DNA of 64,000 nt from Cercozoa sp. M6MM (Eukaryota > Protista > Endomyxa: Ascetosporea). The DNA lies in NCBI GenBank assembly GCA_040357565.1, contig JBDODJ010000052.1. The stretch is one strand, 5' to 3'. This document shows, one piece after another, positions 1 to 17,823 of this stretch; the first letter of the stretch is position 1, and every line of letters begins with the position of its first letter. Under the pieces are notes generated by a model, which saw only the letters and a program-made list of their open reading frames with translations, was not told where the DNA came from and made no database searches. The position numbers and the translations under genes were made by a program.

Positions 1-51
<51 letters not shown>

Positions 52-93
52 GGGGGACGTGACATGTGCGGCATCTCTCATTTACTGTTGTAG

Positions 94-3326
<3,233 letters not shown>

Positions 3327-3646
3327 TTTCCGACGCGAATCGAATCGGTAGTTAAGGGTCAACTGAAAGTTCGTTTATTTAGCACACACCTCAGCTAGCG
3401 AATTGGCTCGGACGGGAGAGAGTACAAGCAGCGGCAGCGACCTTATGCTTACACTTGACAGAGCGTGCTTGTCAAGTTCACGCAGACGGCCAGCTGCAGC
3501 ATGTGCAGCAATCAGTCCATTTTGACTGAATCTACAGTGCGACTACCGTAACAAGCGAACGGAAGCAGTAAATTCCTGTATACTTAACTGACTCGTAAGC
3601 GAAGTGCCTAAGTACAACTCCGTCGCGATCGGATCCCGGACGGGAA

Positions 3647-5650
3647 CTAAGGCCACGCGTAGTCCGGCGGCAAGGGACTACTGCCGGCGGTCTGAGCGAA
3701 CTCGACAAAGCCCTCGTAGCTACAAGAAACCGTTAATGCGCCACGTAAATCACAGCTGATACAGTTGACAGTGTTTGGTACACTTCTTCGCCAGAGAGAC
3801 GAATAAACTTGGGATCGATAACAAAGCCTCCTGTCTTCAAACACACAATTCAGCAACATGATCGTACTTTAAATTGCGCCAACGAAAAGCAGAACACACA
3901 AAGTCAGGCCGAAGCTCGAGTGTGTAGGCGTAAGGTCGCCGCTGCTTGCGTCCCCCAGCGTGCCTTTTCGTTCTAATAAATAGTGTACAAGGTATGAAGT
4001 ATCGTACTGGGGGAGGGGGGAGGGGAGGCACCCAGCGGAGAACCACCAGTCAACAGAGTCGCCATCAGTCGGGTAAATTCCACTCATAGACTGCTCCTGT
4101 GTTTAAGCACAGTTTACAGACATTGCACCACCCACACTCAGCGAGTACGAGGAGGGGGAACACACCACACGGTAGTGTGCGTTGTGCACTTCCTTCATGC
4201 GACGCGCCATGTGCTCACCAAGTTCTGTGCAATGCGAAGGAAGCTTCTTCAATGTGCAACACACAACATTAAGGGAGCAGATACGCCGCAGCTGGGCTTC
4301 GTGCGGTGGTGCATCACCCTTGTGTCCCCACTAATACCAGATAACCAACTAGGGAACAGCGGTGGGGGGGGGGACTCAAAGAGGCAGGCTATACCGGGTA
4401 CAGCAGGACCTGACTGCTGCAGTGCAGGTCGAGTGCACCAACGACTCCGCTGCCGCCGCTCTTGTCGCGGCCGAGTGTTTCATACCATCGCGCAGTGGAC
4501 AGAGTCTCCAGTTCCGAGAAGGGCCCGATGCCACGGTAGAAGTTGTCGCACGGATCGGGCGAACTGCCGTCCTTGGCGCCCCACATGAAGTCCTGTGGGG
4601 CACATAGAGTACATGGTCACACCGTGACACAAAACACAAAGGAGACAGGAAAGAAAGAAATCGATAACACACATAGTTGCGATTGAGATCGACACCAACG
4701 CACTTGGTGTGCACAGTACGGCGACGATTCTTGCGCCAAGCACGGTCCACCACATGCGAGTGGTGGTAGCCGTCAACATTCAGCACGGGCACAATGGCCA
4801 ATCTCACCGTATCGAGCAACTGCAGTACACACACGCTCAATCACATCACGTGAGAGACAAACACGGTACCTTGACAGCCTCGGGGTCGTTGCGCATGTAC
4901 TGACGAGCGAGATGTTCAATGATGTACATCAGAGTGGCACCCGAAATCCACTCTCTCCTATTAACAGGGTGGACGAGTAGGATAGAGGAACATAAGGACA
5001 TAGACAAGGCGACAAGAGTACGCATGGATGAGTGCCTGCACGTAGACAATCGGTGCGTCGTACGGTGAGTCGGGCGACGTCATCAACATGGCAGGAATCT
5101 GACGGCCCTCCCACGTAAAGCCCACAGCATCGATGTACTCGAACAGCGTCGGGAACCGCTCCGTGGCGAGATTCTTCCACCAGGCTTGAGTGTCTTCCAG
5201 ATTATGGAACTCATCGTGCCAACCTGCAAGCGCTTGCTGCGTCAGCACGCCGTCCTTCATGTGCTCCTCGTGCTGTGAATAAACATCATGAAACTCCAAA
5301 CACTCAACTGACAGCAAACATGCCCAACGAGCGATACGCGCTCTTTCATCGGCCGCAAGAGCCTCAAAGTCCTCGATCAGCACCTGTGCTCCATTGTGCA
5401 GTGCCCACTGGAGCTCGCTGTCTTTGTGTGTGAGAATGACCAACTCGTCCACTTGGTCGGCCAACACATCCGCGCGGATGTCTCCGTTTTTCAGAACATT
5501 GCGGTCGATTTTCACGACCGAGCGCGCTGTGGCATGTGCCACCGCACCGAGCTGCAAGCGAAAAATCAAACAGTTCGACAATTAGGCGCAGCATGATCAC
5601 CGTCAATACATACTGCGATCGAAACACACCAAGAGTGCGATAAGAAACAT
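3647..5650 (-). CDS. Secreted M14 zinc carboxypeptidase (CPA/CPB-like, with propeptide)
   Basis: Signal peptide MFLIALL|LGAVAHA. Zinc motif IHA|REW (HxxE) plus PVLNVDGY, WRKNR, GVDLNRN, CDNFYRGIGPFSELET, LDLH..SQVLLYP, YTLELRP and GGFVIDPKFIRLSGEE. Stop TAG at 3647. Confidence 0.9.
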
Positions 5651-5826
5651 CCCTCGCGACACCACACTGCGCTCCGCAGTAACCGCGCAGATGCTATACA
5701 AAAGCAGCTTGGAGCGCCGACATGACAATTAGTCGCATTATAAAAACACTTAAAGGGGCTCGGCCTGGAAGCGATACAAACGAGACAACCCGAGTGGTGA
5801 ATCGATGGGCTGCTTGCTCTAAGATT
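5651..5826. promoter_or_regulatory. Putative bidirectional promoter between carboxypeptidase and clathrin heavy chain (176 nt between ATGs)
   Basis: Head-to-head start codons with a TATAAAA at about 5738. Inferred from geometry only. Confidence 0.5.
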
Positions 5827-8800
5827 ATGTCAGCCACGTTGCCGATCTCGTTTCGCCAAGTGCTGTCTGTACGTTTTTCTCTTTGCTGTTGCTTTGCCGT
5901 TCGTTTGAGTTGCTTGGGCGCGCATATGGCACAGCCCACTGGTGCAGAATTGATTGAGGGTTGCTTTGGCCCTCGCCTCTGTGTTTGGCGGCACGGTTGT
6001 GTGCTTTTTCTGGCAACTGCATTTTCCGCGCTCTCGCAGCGAGTCGCGTCGCAGTTTTATCTTGTCTTTTTTGTTGCTTTGCGCAGTTGCAGCAGCTCGG
6101 CATCCCGCAGAATGTGATCAAGTTTAACAATGTGACGTTTGAGTCGCCGAACAGCATCGTCGTGCGCGACGAGGGCTCGCTCAAGGTGATCGACACGGCG
6201 TCGCAGAACGTGACGACCTTCCAGGTGCCGGTGGACAACGCTATCATGAACCCGGTGACGAAGATCATGGGCCTGCGCACGCTGAACCCCAAGGTTCCGG
6301 GCCAGACGGTGCTCACGGTGTTCGACCTGAACATGAAGTCGCCGCTCAAGAAGGCCACGCTGAGCGAGCCCGTGATGTTCTGGCGTTGGATCGACCAGAA
6401 GACCATCGGTATCGTGACGCGCACGGCTGCCTACCACTGGTCCATGGACGGCGACGCGCAGCCTGTCAAGATGTTTGAGCGTCACGCCGACCAGCGACAG
6501 GTGCACGTGCTGCACTACCGGCAGTCGGCCGACGGTCAGTTCCTTGTGCTCGGTGGCATCGCCAAGAACGCCTCGGGCGGCATCGAGGGCGTCATGCAGC
6601 TCTACTCTGTTGGGTACCTTGTGCTGCCTTGCCACTGCTGCTTTGATGTACATCTTTGATGTATGATTGTGTATGTAATTGTCTGTTTTTTGCAGCATCG
6701 GCCGATCGCAGCCGGCCATGTCGGCGCACGCGGCGTGCTTCGCCAACGCGATGCTGCAGGGCCGAACAGAGCGTGCTACGCTCTTCTGCTTCTGCATGCC
6801 GGTAACTCTGACTCCCCCTGTCTCGGGTTTTGCTGGTAGAGACTAACTCTGTGTGAGTGTGCAGAGCAATGGCCAGCACGTTGTCAAGGTCATTGAGCTC
6901 GGTGGTTCGCGCGACAAGCAGTTCCGCCGCGAGGCCGTGGTGTCCATGCAGCCCGACGACTTCCCGTTCACGATGTGGGCCGACGACAAGCACGGCGTGC
7001 TGTTCCTGCTGACCAAGATGGGCTGCCTGCTCATGATCGACGTGCAGAGCTGCACGACGATTTTCTCGAAGCGTGTGGCGCAGGCGCCCATGTTCGTGTC
7101 GTGCAGCGACCCTGAGACGGTAGTTTCCCTCTCCTAGCCTCCCATGTGCCCTTGCCTCCCATGTCCCCTGGCCTCCCCGTGTTAAGTGTATGTCCGCGAG
7201 TCATTGTTTCTGTTGCTGTCGCAGGGCGGCGTCGTGGCCATCGACCAAACGGGCCGCTGCCTCAAGTTCGCCGTCGATGAGGCCAACATTGTACAATACG
7301 TGACGTCGTCACTGCAGAACTACGAGCTCGGCACTCGCATGGCGGCGCAATACAACCTGCCGGGCGCCGAGGGCGTCTTCACGCAGCAGTTCGAGAGCTT
7401 CCTGGCCTCGGGTGACTACAACGGCGCCGCGCGTCTGGCTGCTAACGCTCCGCAGGGTAGCACCTCTTCGCATGTTGCCTGCCTCTTGTAGTCCTTGTAT
7501 TATCCCTTGACACATTACTGGCGATTGTATTGAGGCAGGCGTGCTGCGCACGATCGACACGATCCGACGCTTCCAGCAGGCGCCGGTGCAGCCGGGCCAG
7601 CCGTCGGTGCTGCTGTCGTACTTTGCGATGCTGCTGCAGAAACCGGGCACGAAGCTCAACCAGGTCGAGTCGATCGAGTTCGTGCGCACGATCCTGAGTG
7701 GCGGCAACCGCGAGGCCGGCATCAAGCACCTTGAGAAGCTCATCCGTGAGTCTCGCTTCGACTTCAGCGAGCAGCTGGGCGATGTGCTGCGCACGGCCGA
7801 CATGAACCTCGCGTGCTCGGTGTACTTCCGCGCCAAGTGTCCCGAGAAGACGATTGGCTGCTTTTTGCAGCTCGGCGAGTTCCAGAAGATCATCGACTAC
7901 AGTCGCTCGGTGAACTTCCAGCCGAACTGGGCCTACCTGCTGCAGTCGATCCACAGCACGGACAAGGAGGCGGCGGCGTCGTTCGCGCACCTACTGGTCA
8001 GCACGACGCAGGCCGAGTCGCAGGAGCCGCTACTCTCGGTGGAGACCGTGCTGGACATCTTCATGTCGTCCAACGACGTGCAGACCACGACCAAGTTCCT
8101 CATCGACGTGCTGCGGCAGCGCGGCGACCGGCCCGAGGACGCGGCGCTGCAGACGCGTCTGCTCGAGATCAACCTGCGCAGCAACGCCGAGATCGCCGAC
8201 TCAATCCTCGACTCGCCCGACCTGGCGCTGTCGCACTTCGACAAGCCGGCCATCGCCGAGCTGTGTGAGCAGGCCGGTCTCATCCCGCGCGCGCTCGAGC
8301 TGTACGCCAACCTGTACGCCGAGGACCGCCAGTTCCTGGAGGACATCAAGCGTGCGCTGTCGGCTGGTCTGTCGCGACACGCCTTCTCGGACCCAGAGTT
8401 CGTGCTGCAGTTCTTCTCCAACCTCGAGCAGGAGCACGCGCTCGAGTGTCTGCGCGACCTGCTGAAGGAAAACATCAACCAGAACATCCGTCTCGTGGTC
8501 GAGGTGTGCAAGCGCTACGCCACGATTCTCTCGGAGGCCGGCTGCATTGCGCTGTTCGAGGAGTTCGACTCGCACACGGGCATCTTCTACTTCATGGTGA
8601 CGCGCGTCAACCAGTGCGAGGACAGCGAGGTGATCTTCAAGTACATTCAAGCCGCCACCAAGCTCGGTCAGCTCAAGGAGGTCGAGCGCGTGTGCCGTGA
8701 CTCGCAGCACTACGACGCCGAGCAGGTGCGCCAGTTCCTGCTGGACGCCGACCTCAAGGTGCGTTTGTGTCTGCTCAGTGGCCCTCTCACTGCACTTTTG

Positions 8801-9380
8801 ATTTCTTGCGTTTCTCGAGTTTCTTGAGCTTCCCTTCCCTTTGCGCAGGACCCGCGTCCGCTGATCCACGTGTGCGACCGTCACGACTTCATCGCGGAGC
8901 TGACGACGTACCTGTGGAACAAGCAGTTGTTCGATTTCATCGAGGTCTACGTGACCAAGATGAACATGGCGGCGGCGCCCAAGGTGGTCGGCTCGCTCAT
9001 CGATCTCGGCGCGCCGGAAGAGCAGATCCGCGGCCTTCTGAACGAGGTGCGGCCGCCGCAGTGCCCGGTGTCGGAGCTGTGCGCTGAGGTGGAGAAGCGC
9101 AACCGTTTGCGCATGATGCTGCCGTGGCTGGAGGCGCGCATGCACGAAGGCAATGAGGAGCCGGCGCTGCACAACTCGCTCGCCAAGGTCTACGTCGACA
9201 TCAACAACAACCCGCAGCACTTCCTCACCAACAACAAGTACTACGACAGCAAGGAGGTTGGCGCCTACTGCGAGTCGCGCGACCCGCTGCTCGCCTTTGT
9301 TGCCTACCGCCGTGCCTGGGGTACCTTGATGTCTATTCCTGCTGCCTATAGATATATATATATATATATGTATTTATGTG

Positions 9381-9418
<38 letters not shown>

Positions 9419-12179
9419 TGGTGACAGGTTCGTGCGACGCCGAGCTGGTGGCTGTCACCAACAAGCACGGTTTCTTCAAGGACCAGGCGCGCTACCTTGT
9501 CGAGCGTCAGGACACGGACCTGTGGAACACGGTGCTCTCGCTCGAGAACGAGTACCGCCGCCAACTCATCGACCAGGGTAGCCCTCGTGTCTGTGTATGC
9601 ATCCTGTATGGTTATGTTTGTATCCTGTATGCGACTGCAGTCGTGGCCACGGCGCTGCCGGAGTCGCGTGTGCCGGAGGAGGTGTCGACCACGGTGCAGG
9701 CCTTCATCCAGGCCGACCTGCCGAACGAGCTGATTGAGCTGCTCGAGCGTATCGTGCTGCACGGCTCGGCCGACCTTGAGTTCCGCAACAACCGCAACCT
9801 GCAGAACCTGCTGATCCTCACGGTAGGACCCACCCCGCCCTGTTCATAAGTGATTCCACCTATGTTTGGATGTATTCATTAGGCCATCCGCGCGGACAAG
9901 GACCGCGTGCTGGACTACCTGCAGCGTCTCGACGACTACGACGGTCCCAAGATTGCCAAGATCTGTCTCAGCGACCAGCACCAGCTGTTCGAGCAGGCCT
10001 TCTTCATCTACAAGAAGTTCGAGCTCGGCGAGGACGCCATCGGCGTGCTGATCGAGCAGCTGCAGGACCTGGACCGCGCCGTCGAGTTCGCCAACTACTG
10101 GGAGACCGCCGCTGTCTGGGGTCTGCTCGGCAAGGCGCAGATCGATCGTGGTACTCTCACCTGTGTGGGTGTGTATTGATAAGTTACTTCGCACTGTGAG
10201 TGTAGCCGAGGACGCCGAGGGAGTGCGCGAGGCCGTCAAGTCGCTGCTCAAGGCCGAGAATGCCGAGGAGTCGTCGGCGCAGCACTGGCAGCTCGTGGTG
10301 TCGCGTGCCAACGAGTTCGGCGCCTTCGACGCGCTGACGGACTACCTGCTGATGGCGCGCAAGCACAAGCGCAACGAGCCGGCCATCGACAACGAGATCG
10401 TCTTCTGCTACGCGCGTCTCGAGCGTCTCGCCGATATGGAGGACTTCCTGGGCGGTGCGCACGCCGCGCGCGTCGAGGACTGCGGCGACCGCTGCTTTGG
10501 TGCCGAGCTGTACCAGGCCGCCAAGCTGCTGTTCACTCAGGTGCCGCTCCCTGTCTCTGTTGTACATGTACATATTTGTGGGTTTGCAGGTGAACAACTA
10601 CGCCAAGCTGGCGTCGACGCTCGTGAAGCTCGAGCAGTTCCACGCGGCCGTGGATGCGGCCGAGCGCGCCAACTCGATCCACACGTGGAAGACGGTGTGC
10701 TACGCCTGCGTGGACGCCGAGGAGTTCCGTCTGGCGCAGCGCTGCGGTGTGCACATCATCGTGTACATGGACCATCTGGCCGAGCTGATCCAGTACTACG
10801 AGCAGCGCGGTCACTTCGAGCAGGTCATCAAGCTGCTTGAGCAGGGTACGCCTCGTGTTGATATATATATACATATATACTGTATGCGTATGTGTTTCTG
10901 TTATAGGCATCAACCTGGACCGTGCGCACCAGGGCATCTTCACGCAGCTCGGCATCTTGTACGCCAAGTACCGTCCGGAGAAGCTCATGGAGCACATCAA
11001 CATGTTCTGGTCGCGTCTCAACATCCCGACGCTGCTGGGCGCGTGCCGTGAGCACCTGCTGTTCCGCGAGGCCGTGGTGCTGTACACGCGGTACAAGCAG
11101 TACGACGACGCCATCGACCTGATGATCCAGGAGTCGGGCGCGTGCTGGGACAGCCAGCAGTTCAAGGAGGTCATCGTGCAGGTGAGCAATACGGAGGTGT
11201 TCTACCGCGCGGCGCGCTTCTATCTGGACGAGCACCCGATGCTGCTCAACGACCTGCTGATCGAGATCGCCGGCAAGCTCGACCACAAGCGCGTGGTGGC
11301 GCTGCTGCCGCGTGAGCAGCGCTGCCTGGCGCAGAAGTATCTGCTGTACGTGCAGCGCGCTAACGTGCGCGAGGTCAATGAGGCGCTCAACGAGCTCTAC
11401 GTCGAGGAGGGCGACTACAAGGGCCTGCGCGACTCGATCGAGCAGTTTGACGCGTTCGACCACGTGGCGCTCGCGCAGCGCGTCGAGAAACACAAGCTGC
11501 TTGAGTTCCGCCGCATCGCCTCGGTGCTCTACAAGAAGAACGGCCGCTTCGCCAAGTCGATCGAGCTCAGCAAGGCCGACAGCCAGGTAGCTCAGTCCGA
11601 CCGACTGACTGGTCGGTGCATGCTGGTGTATGCTGTGCTGTGTTTGGTGCAGTGGCAAGACGCGATGGTGTCGGCCGCCGAGAGCAAGGATGCGGCGCAG
11701 TGCGAGCAGCTGCTGCGCTACTTTGTGGACACGGAGCAGCGCGAGTGCTTCGCCGCCATGCTGTTCGTGTGCTTCGAGCTCATCAAGCCCGACGTCGTGC
11801 TCGAGCTCAGCTGGCGCTTCGGTCTCATGGACTTTGCCATGCCCTTCATGATCCAGACCTTCCGTCGCTTCGACGATGAGCTCTCCGAGGTTAAGACCAA
11901 GCTCGCCGAGGTCGAGGAGGCCAAGGCCGATGCCGAGGCTCCGCAGCAGGACGCGCAAAACGCGCCGAACATGGGCGTCGGCATGTTTGGCGCGCAGCCA
12001 CTCGCGATCACTGCTGGTAGCTCTTATCCTATTGATTGGCACTGCATGTCCTGACTCTTATCCTATTGCTTGGCACTGCAGGACCTGGCATGATGGGCAT
12101 GGGCATGGGCATGAACCCTATGGGCATGGGTATGGGTATGGGCATGAACCCCGGTCCCGGTGCTGGCTACGGTCTCTAA
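5827..12179 (+). CDS. CHC: Clathrin heavy chain
   Basis: Exon 1 [14 protein letters not shown] (5827-5868) splices to LQQLGIP at 6087. Conserved segments [60 protein letters not shown] and LEFRRIA. Gly/Met-rich tail; TAA at 12177-12179. Very high GC3. Confidence 0.98.
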
Positions 12180-12622
12180 GTCGTGTCATCTCTCTGTGAC
12201 ACTGGACGTTGACATCGCTATCGCGCATGCAGTAGAGCTGCGTCTGAGTCACTCATTGTTTCGGTCGCGCCTTGAGGGGGACTGACTGCCACTGTCTACG
12301 TCTAGCACTTTAGTTGGTTTGTTGGTCTGCATTGCATGCCTTTCGTTCGTTTGTACATCTGGGGTCACTCACGTCAGTATTGCCTGGCTTTACCCATGGC
12401 TCCTTCCTGTACGTGTGAACTGGACTAGCGCTACCTGCACCAAACCATGAAGTCAACTTTGGTGCCTGGGAGGAACCGAACGTCAAAGGCGAAGACTAGA
12501 TAAATTTAATCAAAGTGAAATGAGCACGAGAAAACAAAAACTGGGCGTTGTGTCGGACACGTCTTACTAAAATTACGCAGCGAGATTTTCAGAGTGTCCT
12601 CTATTCCTTGCCGTATGAATCG

Positions 12623-14288
12623 TCACATGTATATGGGAAGACCGTGCTGACGCCGGCGACTGCGCTCGCGTGCTTGGCGGATGTCTTCAAGCGCACTGCT
12701 CACGAAGCGCTGGCCGACAGAGGTCTGCCAGTCACGTGCGAGAGGAGTGCGCTCGCACAGTTCGAGTGCTTCTTTTTCGCGTCGTGTGTCGTTGCTGAGG
12801 TAGTTGCGACGCGCCGTACGAGGCAGGAAGTTGCTTCCGATACGCTTCATGCCGTCGTTTCGCCAGTCGGAAGCACGATGCGTCCTGCAGGCAACAAGCA
12901 CAAAAAGTGAGTCAACCAAGCGCTTGTTGCGCCCCGCATGAAGCGGAAGTAAGTACCAATCTGCTGCTCTGCGATACTCGTTGCCACCGACGGGTGGAAA
13001 GCGTGTCGTCGAACGAAGCACCTTGCCGTCGTCAATGGTTTCTGCCAAAAAAGCTTGCTACGTTTAGCGAGCTACAGCAACAACAGTGGCACAAGTAGGT
13101 ACCAAAACGCCCGCCGATTGCTCTCGAAGTATCACTGGATACTGATGAATTCGTGCTGGTTCCTGCCACAAAAAGAAGTTATAGTCAGTTTACAGAAAGA
13201 AAAAGCCTAAAAGGGCGTACGCCGCTGCGGCCTTTGCTTCTTCTTCTGCTGTAGCTTGAGACTGACGGCTGAACGATCTGTGCGTGTACAATAGTTTAAT
13301 ACCCTCCCCTCATACAGACAGGATTAAAAAGAACCTACTGTGTCCTGAAGAAGACGAGCTTGAACTTGTCGATGCACTCGAGCTGCCATACGAGGAGGAG
13401 GACTGCGTGTAGGAGGAACCGCTGCTGTCTGTGTTCGTTTCAATCAAATCAAACACTCAAAGGAGTGGGTTCAAAAACAAAAGTGTACGTTTGAAGGACG
13501 ACAGTGGCGAGCGAGCCAAGGCACGACGACTCACAAAGGAGGCGTGCGACACGTTGTCGTTACTCTTGCGATTTCGTTTCGTCGTTTGCCGGCGGCGATT
13601 GAGCGGCGACTTGCGCGAGTGAAGCAGTCGGTGTGCGAGCTCATCGATGCGTCGATCGAAGGAGCTCGAAGAGGACGAGCCCGAGTGCGAGACAGCGCCC
13701 ATAAGACTCGGCCCGGTCTGTGTGGGCACGTTTCTGCCATACCCGGCATCTTGGTGACTCCACTGAGAGTGGCGGTTCACTTGACTGCGTCCAAAGCGAG
13801 TGTAGCTCTGAGACACAGGGGAACAAGGACAAAGTGTACTCATAGGAGTCGTGCCGATGAGAAGAGTTCGTCTTGGACGTGGCATTGCTGGTGTCATTGC
13901 CTTCTGCGCGAATGGAATGCACACTGAGTGAGCTGTGCGACCGCGAGGAAGAGACACGCGTCGCGTAGGACGAGATGGCATTGTCGTTGGCTACAAAGGC
14001 ACTATCGTCCTTTGATGTGTCTGACAGCGCCTTGCGCTGTTCGTATGCATGCCCCTCAGTGTATACTTTTTCACACTGGACGAGTAGGGTTCGTTGTACA
14101 CTCTGAGTGTCGGTGTCACTTCGACTCATGCTATCAGTGTCCTTGGTCTTGCTCGTTTTGACAAGGCGCAACTTGATGCCACCTCCTCGCATCTCGGGCA
14201 CTCGCTTGGTGGCACTCGACTGCAGCTCAGACGTAGATAGTGACGTGCGCACTGAGCGCGCTTCTGTGTCCACCTTGCCTATTGACAC

Positions 14289-14385
<97 letters not shown>

Positions 14386-15396
14386 TACACACGTACAAAG
14401 TGAGACAAGTCCTAAACATGTTCGTAAGGGAAAACTGACTCAGACGACGGTGTGGCGGTTCATCCGATTGACGGAGTAATTCAGCTGCTCGACCTCTGGC
14501 AGCGACAGTGAATTCGTCGTTGTCACATTCTGTAGAATACCTCGTCCAGATTGCATCCCTGCGAGTAAACTTACACTATTGAGGTAGATGTACCACTTCT
14601 GATCGCCTGATGCAAAAGCTCACGTGCCTCGGTGCCAAGCTGTCCGCCGGTGGCTTCGAGTTGCAGCTCGGCCAGTGCCACCATCGATGGCACGTAGGCT
14701 GAGTTTACATTCGTACCTGTATGGCATACTGTGACTCAGAAGCATGCATTCAGTACCGTAGCTGTCGATGGCGAGCGCAAAGCAACGCTCGGCATGACTG
14801 CGCTGTTTGGCCGCCTGCTCCGCGTCATCGGCATCGTCGCTGTTCTGCAGCAACAACACGCCGAGCAGATGCGTCGCCTGTGGGTGGCCCTGTCTGGCCG
14901 CTCGTCGGAACCACGTGATGGCCACCTGACGGTTGGGCTCGACATCGCCGGCAAAGGCCCCCTCTCCAATGAAGGCCAGCGCGAGTGTTTTCTGTGCGTC
15001 GGCGTTGCCTTCCTGAGCCAAAGATTTAAGCTGCTCGAACTCGTCCAAGTGCTCTTCCATCGACTTGCTTTCTTCCGGCTCTAAGTCCACTGATTCGGTA
15101 GGTGGGTGCGCCTTTCGTAGACTTTCGCTCTTGAGTGGATCGTAGCTGCGTCCGGTTTTCTGTGAGAGACTCGTGTTGTCGACTTTGCCACCGCCGGTCA
15201 GAGCAGACGTTTTGCCGGACTTGACGGTGCCGAAGGAATCGCCGCTCTTTGGCGAGCGCGAGGAGCGACTCTTGCGCGAGTTGCGCCGCTTGCGTCGCTG
15301 CTTCTGGCGCTGCATCTTGGCCAGGTCGGCGGCGATTTGTTCGTTTAGCGATGTGTCGCGGCCTTTCATCGCCGCGCGCGAGAGACCGCAACCCAT
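12623..15396 (-). CDS. Sel1-like repeat protein with N-terminal MGC acylation motif and Ser-rich C-terminal half
   Basis: Start MGCGLS. Sel1 repeats AQEGNADAQKTLA and AITWFRRAARQGHPQATHLLGVL. A chain of GT-AG introns leads to a last exon ending HGLPIYM-TGA. Probable 5'UTR intron at about 15402-15482. Confidence 0.7.
14296..14380. repeat. (CA)n microsatellite, representative of many intronic (CA/TG)n tracts (also 1-50, 1083-1146, 3122-3243, 18871-18941, 19773-19893, 21237-21297, 23152-23291, 34685-34760, 54002-54089, 57719-57821)
   Basis: Read directly; several tracts contain 10-N scaffold gaps. Confidence 0.97.
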
Positions 15397-16045
15397 ACAG
15401 CCTAAATTTATATATACTCGAAGGTGAGGTACTTCGAGTTTTCCTCGCAAGAAGCACAAGGTTTGCCCCCGCTGAAACGTACCTTAATCTTGAATAATAT
15501 TGGCGCTTCTATCGTTGTTGGGCGTGCTCAAATTCCACGCTAGATATCTTTTGCTTCGAGGCGACTCGTTTCACGGCTTCAGTTGGCGAAACGCGTCGCA
15601 ACTTTTGTGTCTGTCGCACCGTTGGAACTGTGCAGTTCGAACGGAAGAAAGGGTGTCAGTATTCAAGTCGATCGGCTGTGGTTTCCGCACCCTTGGATTG
15701 AGTTTTACGAATCCGGACCCAAAGTCGAGGAAGACCGAACCAACTCGCTTTCGGACGATTTGATACCAGTCCCCCAGAACACAACATTCTCACAACACTC
15801 TCACAACATTCCCGGGATAAACAATTGGCTGTTTCAAATGATTTAAGCATGCTCCACGATATGTTGCGCAAGAACTGTACCCAAAACATGCTAATTAAAC
15901 TGGAAAGACGCCAGAATAACACACGTCGAAAAATAAAAGGCCAGCATAACTACAAAGGCTATTATACGGTCTAACGTGATCAGGCGTGTGCGCATATCGT
16001 GCGTACCATATTTAGCACGTTTGGTAAGCGTTGCTGCCGGCTCTG

Positions 16046-17448
16046 ATGGACGAGGAATTGGTGCTGTCTACGTTCGCGCTGGTGTCGTTCGACCAGGCGG
16101 GCCACAACGACGATGACGAGAAGCATAGCATGGAGGACGACGAGCAGGTCTCCTCAGGAACGGCGCGGTACATGCTGAAGGCGGCGTGGCAAGGCAACCG
16201 AGTCGCTGTGGTGACCGACGAGCCGGCAGTGCGTATTTTTAAAACCGGCGTCGGTGCTTCGGCTTTCAAGTGTTTTCACAAGCTTTGACTGGTTGAGACA
16301 AGCTTATCTGTAGGCGCCACGGCCTTGTCGCTGGACGGCGAGCTGCGAGGACACGACAGTCGCATCATGGACGCTCAGTTCGCCGTGGACAATCCGAACT
16401 TACTGGTGCGCGTGCGTGTGTGTAACTAGGTATGTGTGGCCTGGTTGTAGCGGCTTTCTTGTAGGCAACGGCCTCGCTGGACGGCAGTGTGATTGTGTGG
16501 AACCTCGAGAACCAGGTGCGCAGTCTATGGTTCCGCATCAGGGTAGTCACACCGGGTTAGTCACACCGCATGTTGGCTTGGACAGAAGCAAGTGCTGAGG
16601 GTACGGCCGCACGTGCGTGCCGAGTGCGACGACATTGGCGTGCACTCAGTGGCGCTGCGCAGCGACCTGCTGGTGTGCGGCGGTGCCAATGACCTCGCCG
16701 TGTGGACACTCGGCATTGACGGCAGCGGCACCATGGTGGCGCACGAGCGCACGCTGGTGGAGTACGCGCACCACGACAACGTGCAGTGCCTGCGGTGGCA
16801 CCCGTCGCAGTCGAACCTCTTGCTGTCGGGCGGCGGCGACGGTCTCGTGCAGGTGCACGACGTCACCAAAGAGGACCCCGACGAGGTCACTGAGGAGGCA
16901 CCCCTCGTCGTCAACTATGGCCGCGACATTCGCACCATCGACTTCTTCTCGGGCCACAAGCCGCATGACTGTATCCACCTGACCACACCCTGCCCTACCC
17001 TACCCTACCCTACCCTACCCTACCCTACTTATGTGTGTGTATGTGTGACTGCAGGTGTCTGCGTGACCACTGTGGATCACAGCATCGCCTTATTCTCGAT
17101 CGAATCGGCCGATTGCCTGGCCTCCATCGATGCCGACAAGCTGCTGACTCGGTGTGCACAAGTGGCTCAGACCACTCTGGTATGCCTGTCTGTTCTCGCC
17201 CTTTCCTTTCAATCTTAGTCTACGTCCCAATGTTCAGCCGGCCTCGCGCCTCAGTGTCGAGCACAATGCTCCCGATGCCGTCTCGTGCCTCCTGGGCTTC
17301 CGCACGCAGGAGCGCTTCGGCACGCTGCCGCAACTGATCGCCGGAAGCGCCGACGGCACCGTGCACGTGTTAGACCTCGTCCAGAATCAGCAGGGCCTGG
17401 ACTTGCGACTGCGACAGACGCTGCGTGAGCACAGTGGTACTACCCTCG

Positions 17449-17491
<43 letters not shown>

Positions 17492-17823
17492 GTATGCTTC
17501 ATGTATCATCTAAATCACCCCTGTGGGCGTACAGCTGAAGTGAGAGATTTTGCACAAGGCCCCGGTGCCTCGTGCGTCACTGTTGGCGAGGACAGCAAGA
17601 TTGCACTGTGGGACACGCAGTCCAACGTGGCGCGACAGGTGTCCTCTTGTTTCCTGCTGCAACAAAGTGCAGCAACACGGTGCTTTTTATGTTTATTGTG
17701 CAGAGACAACAGGTGCAGCACGCCACACGGGGGCGAGCTCAGCGCAGCAAGCATGCCGACTCGCGGACGCAGCGACCGTACGGTGGCGCTGGACGCCGCC
17801 GTCACAACCCCAAGCGCTTTTAA
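16046..17823 (+). CDS. WD40-repeat protein, WDR89-like
   Basis: WD repeats GHDSRIMDAQF, TASLDGSVIVWN, HHDNVQCLRWHPSQSNLLLSGGGDGLVQVHD (resembles the WDR89 HSDDVT..FHP..SGSTDGLV segment) and TVGEDSKIALWD. Basic tail RPYGGAGRRRHNPKRF-TAA. Confidence 0.8.

Noticed and set aside
3350-3553. Possible third copy of the element (AACTGAA..TTTATTTAG and GCGACTACCGTAACA)
   Set aside because: Only two short matches, in inconsistent orientation and spacing, with no TGTTAC start or TSD. Worth a BLAST check but unsupported.
5926-5960. ATGGCACAGCCC (MAQP...) resembling the animal clathrin start
   Set aside because: The upstream exon [14 protein letters not shown] matches clathrin better and splices in frame, so this ATG is inside intron 1.
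6057-12042. Long antisense ORFs over clathrin (and over SDH1)
   Set aside because: These are the expected shadow of extreme GC3 codon bias.
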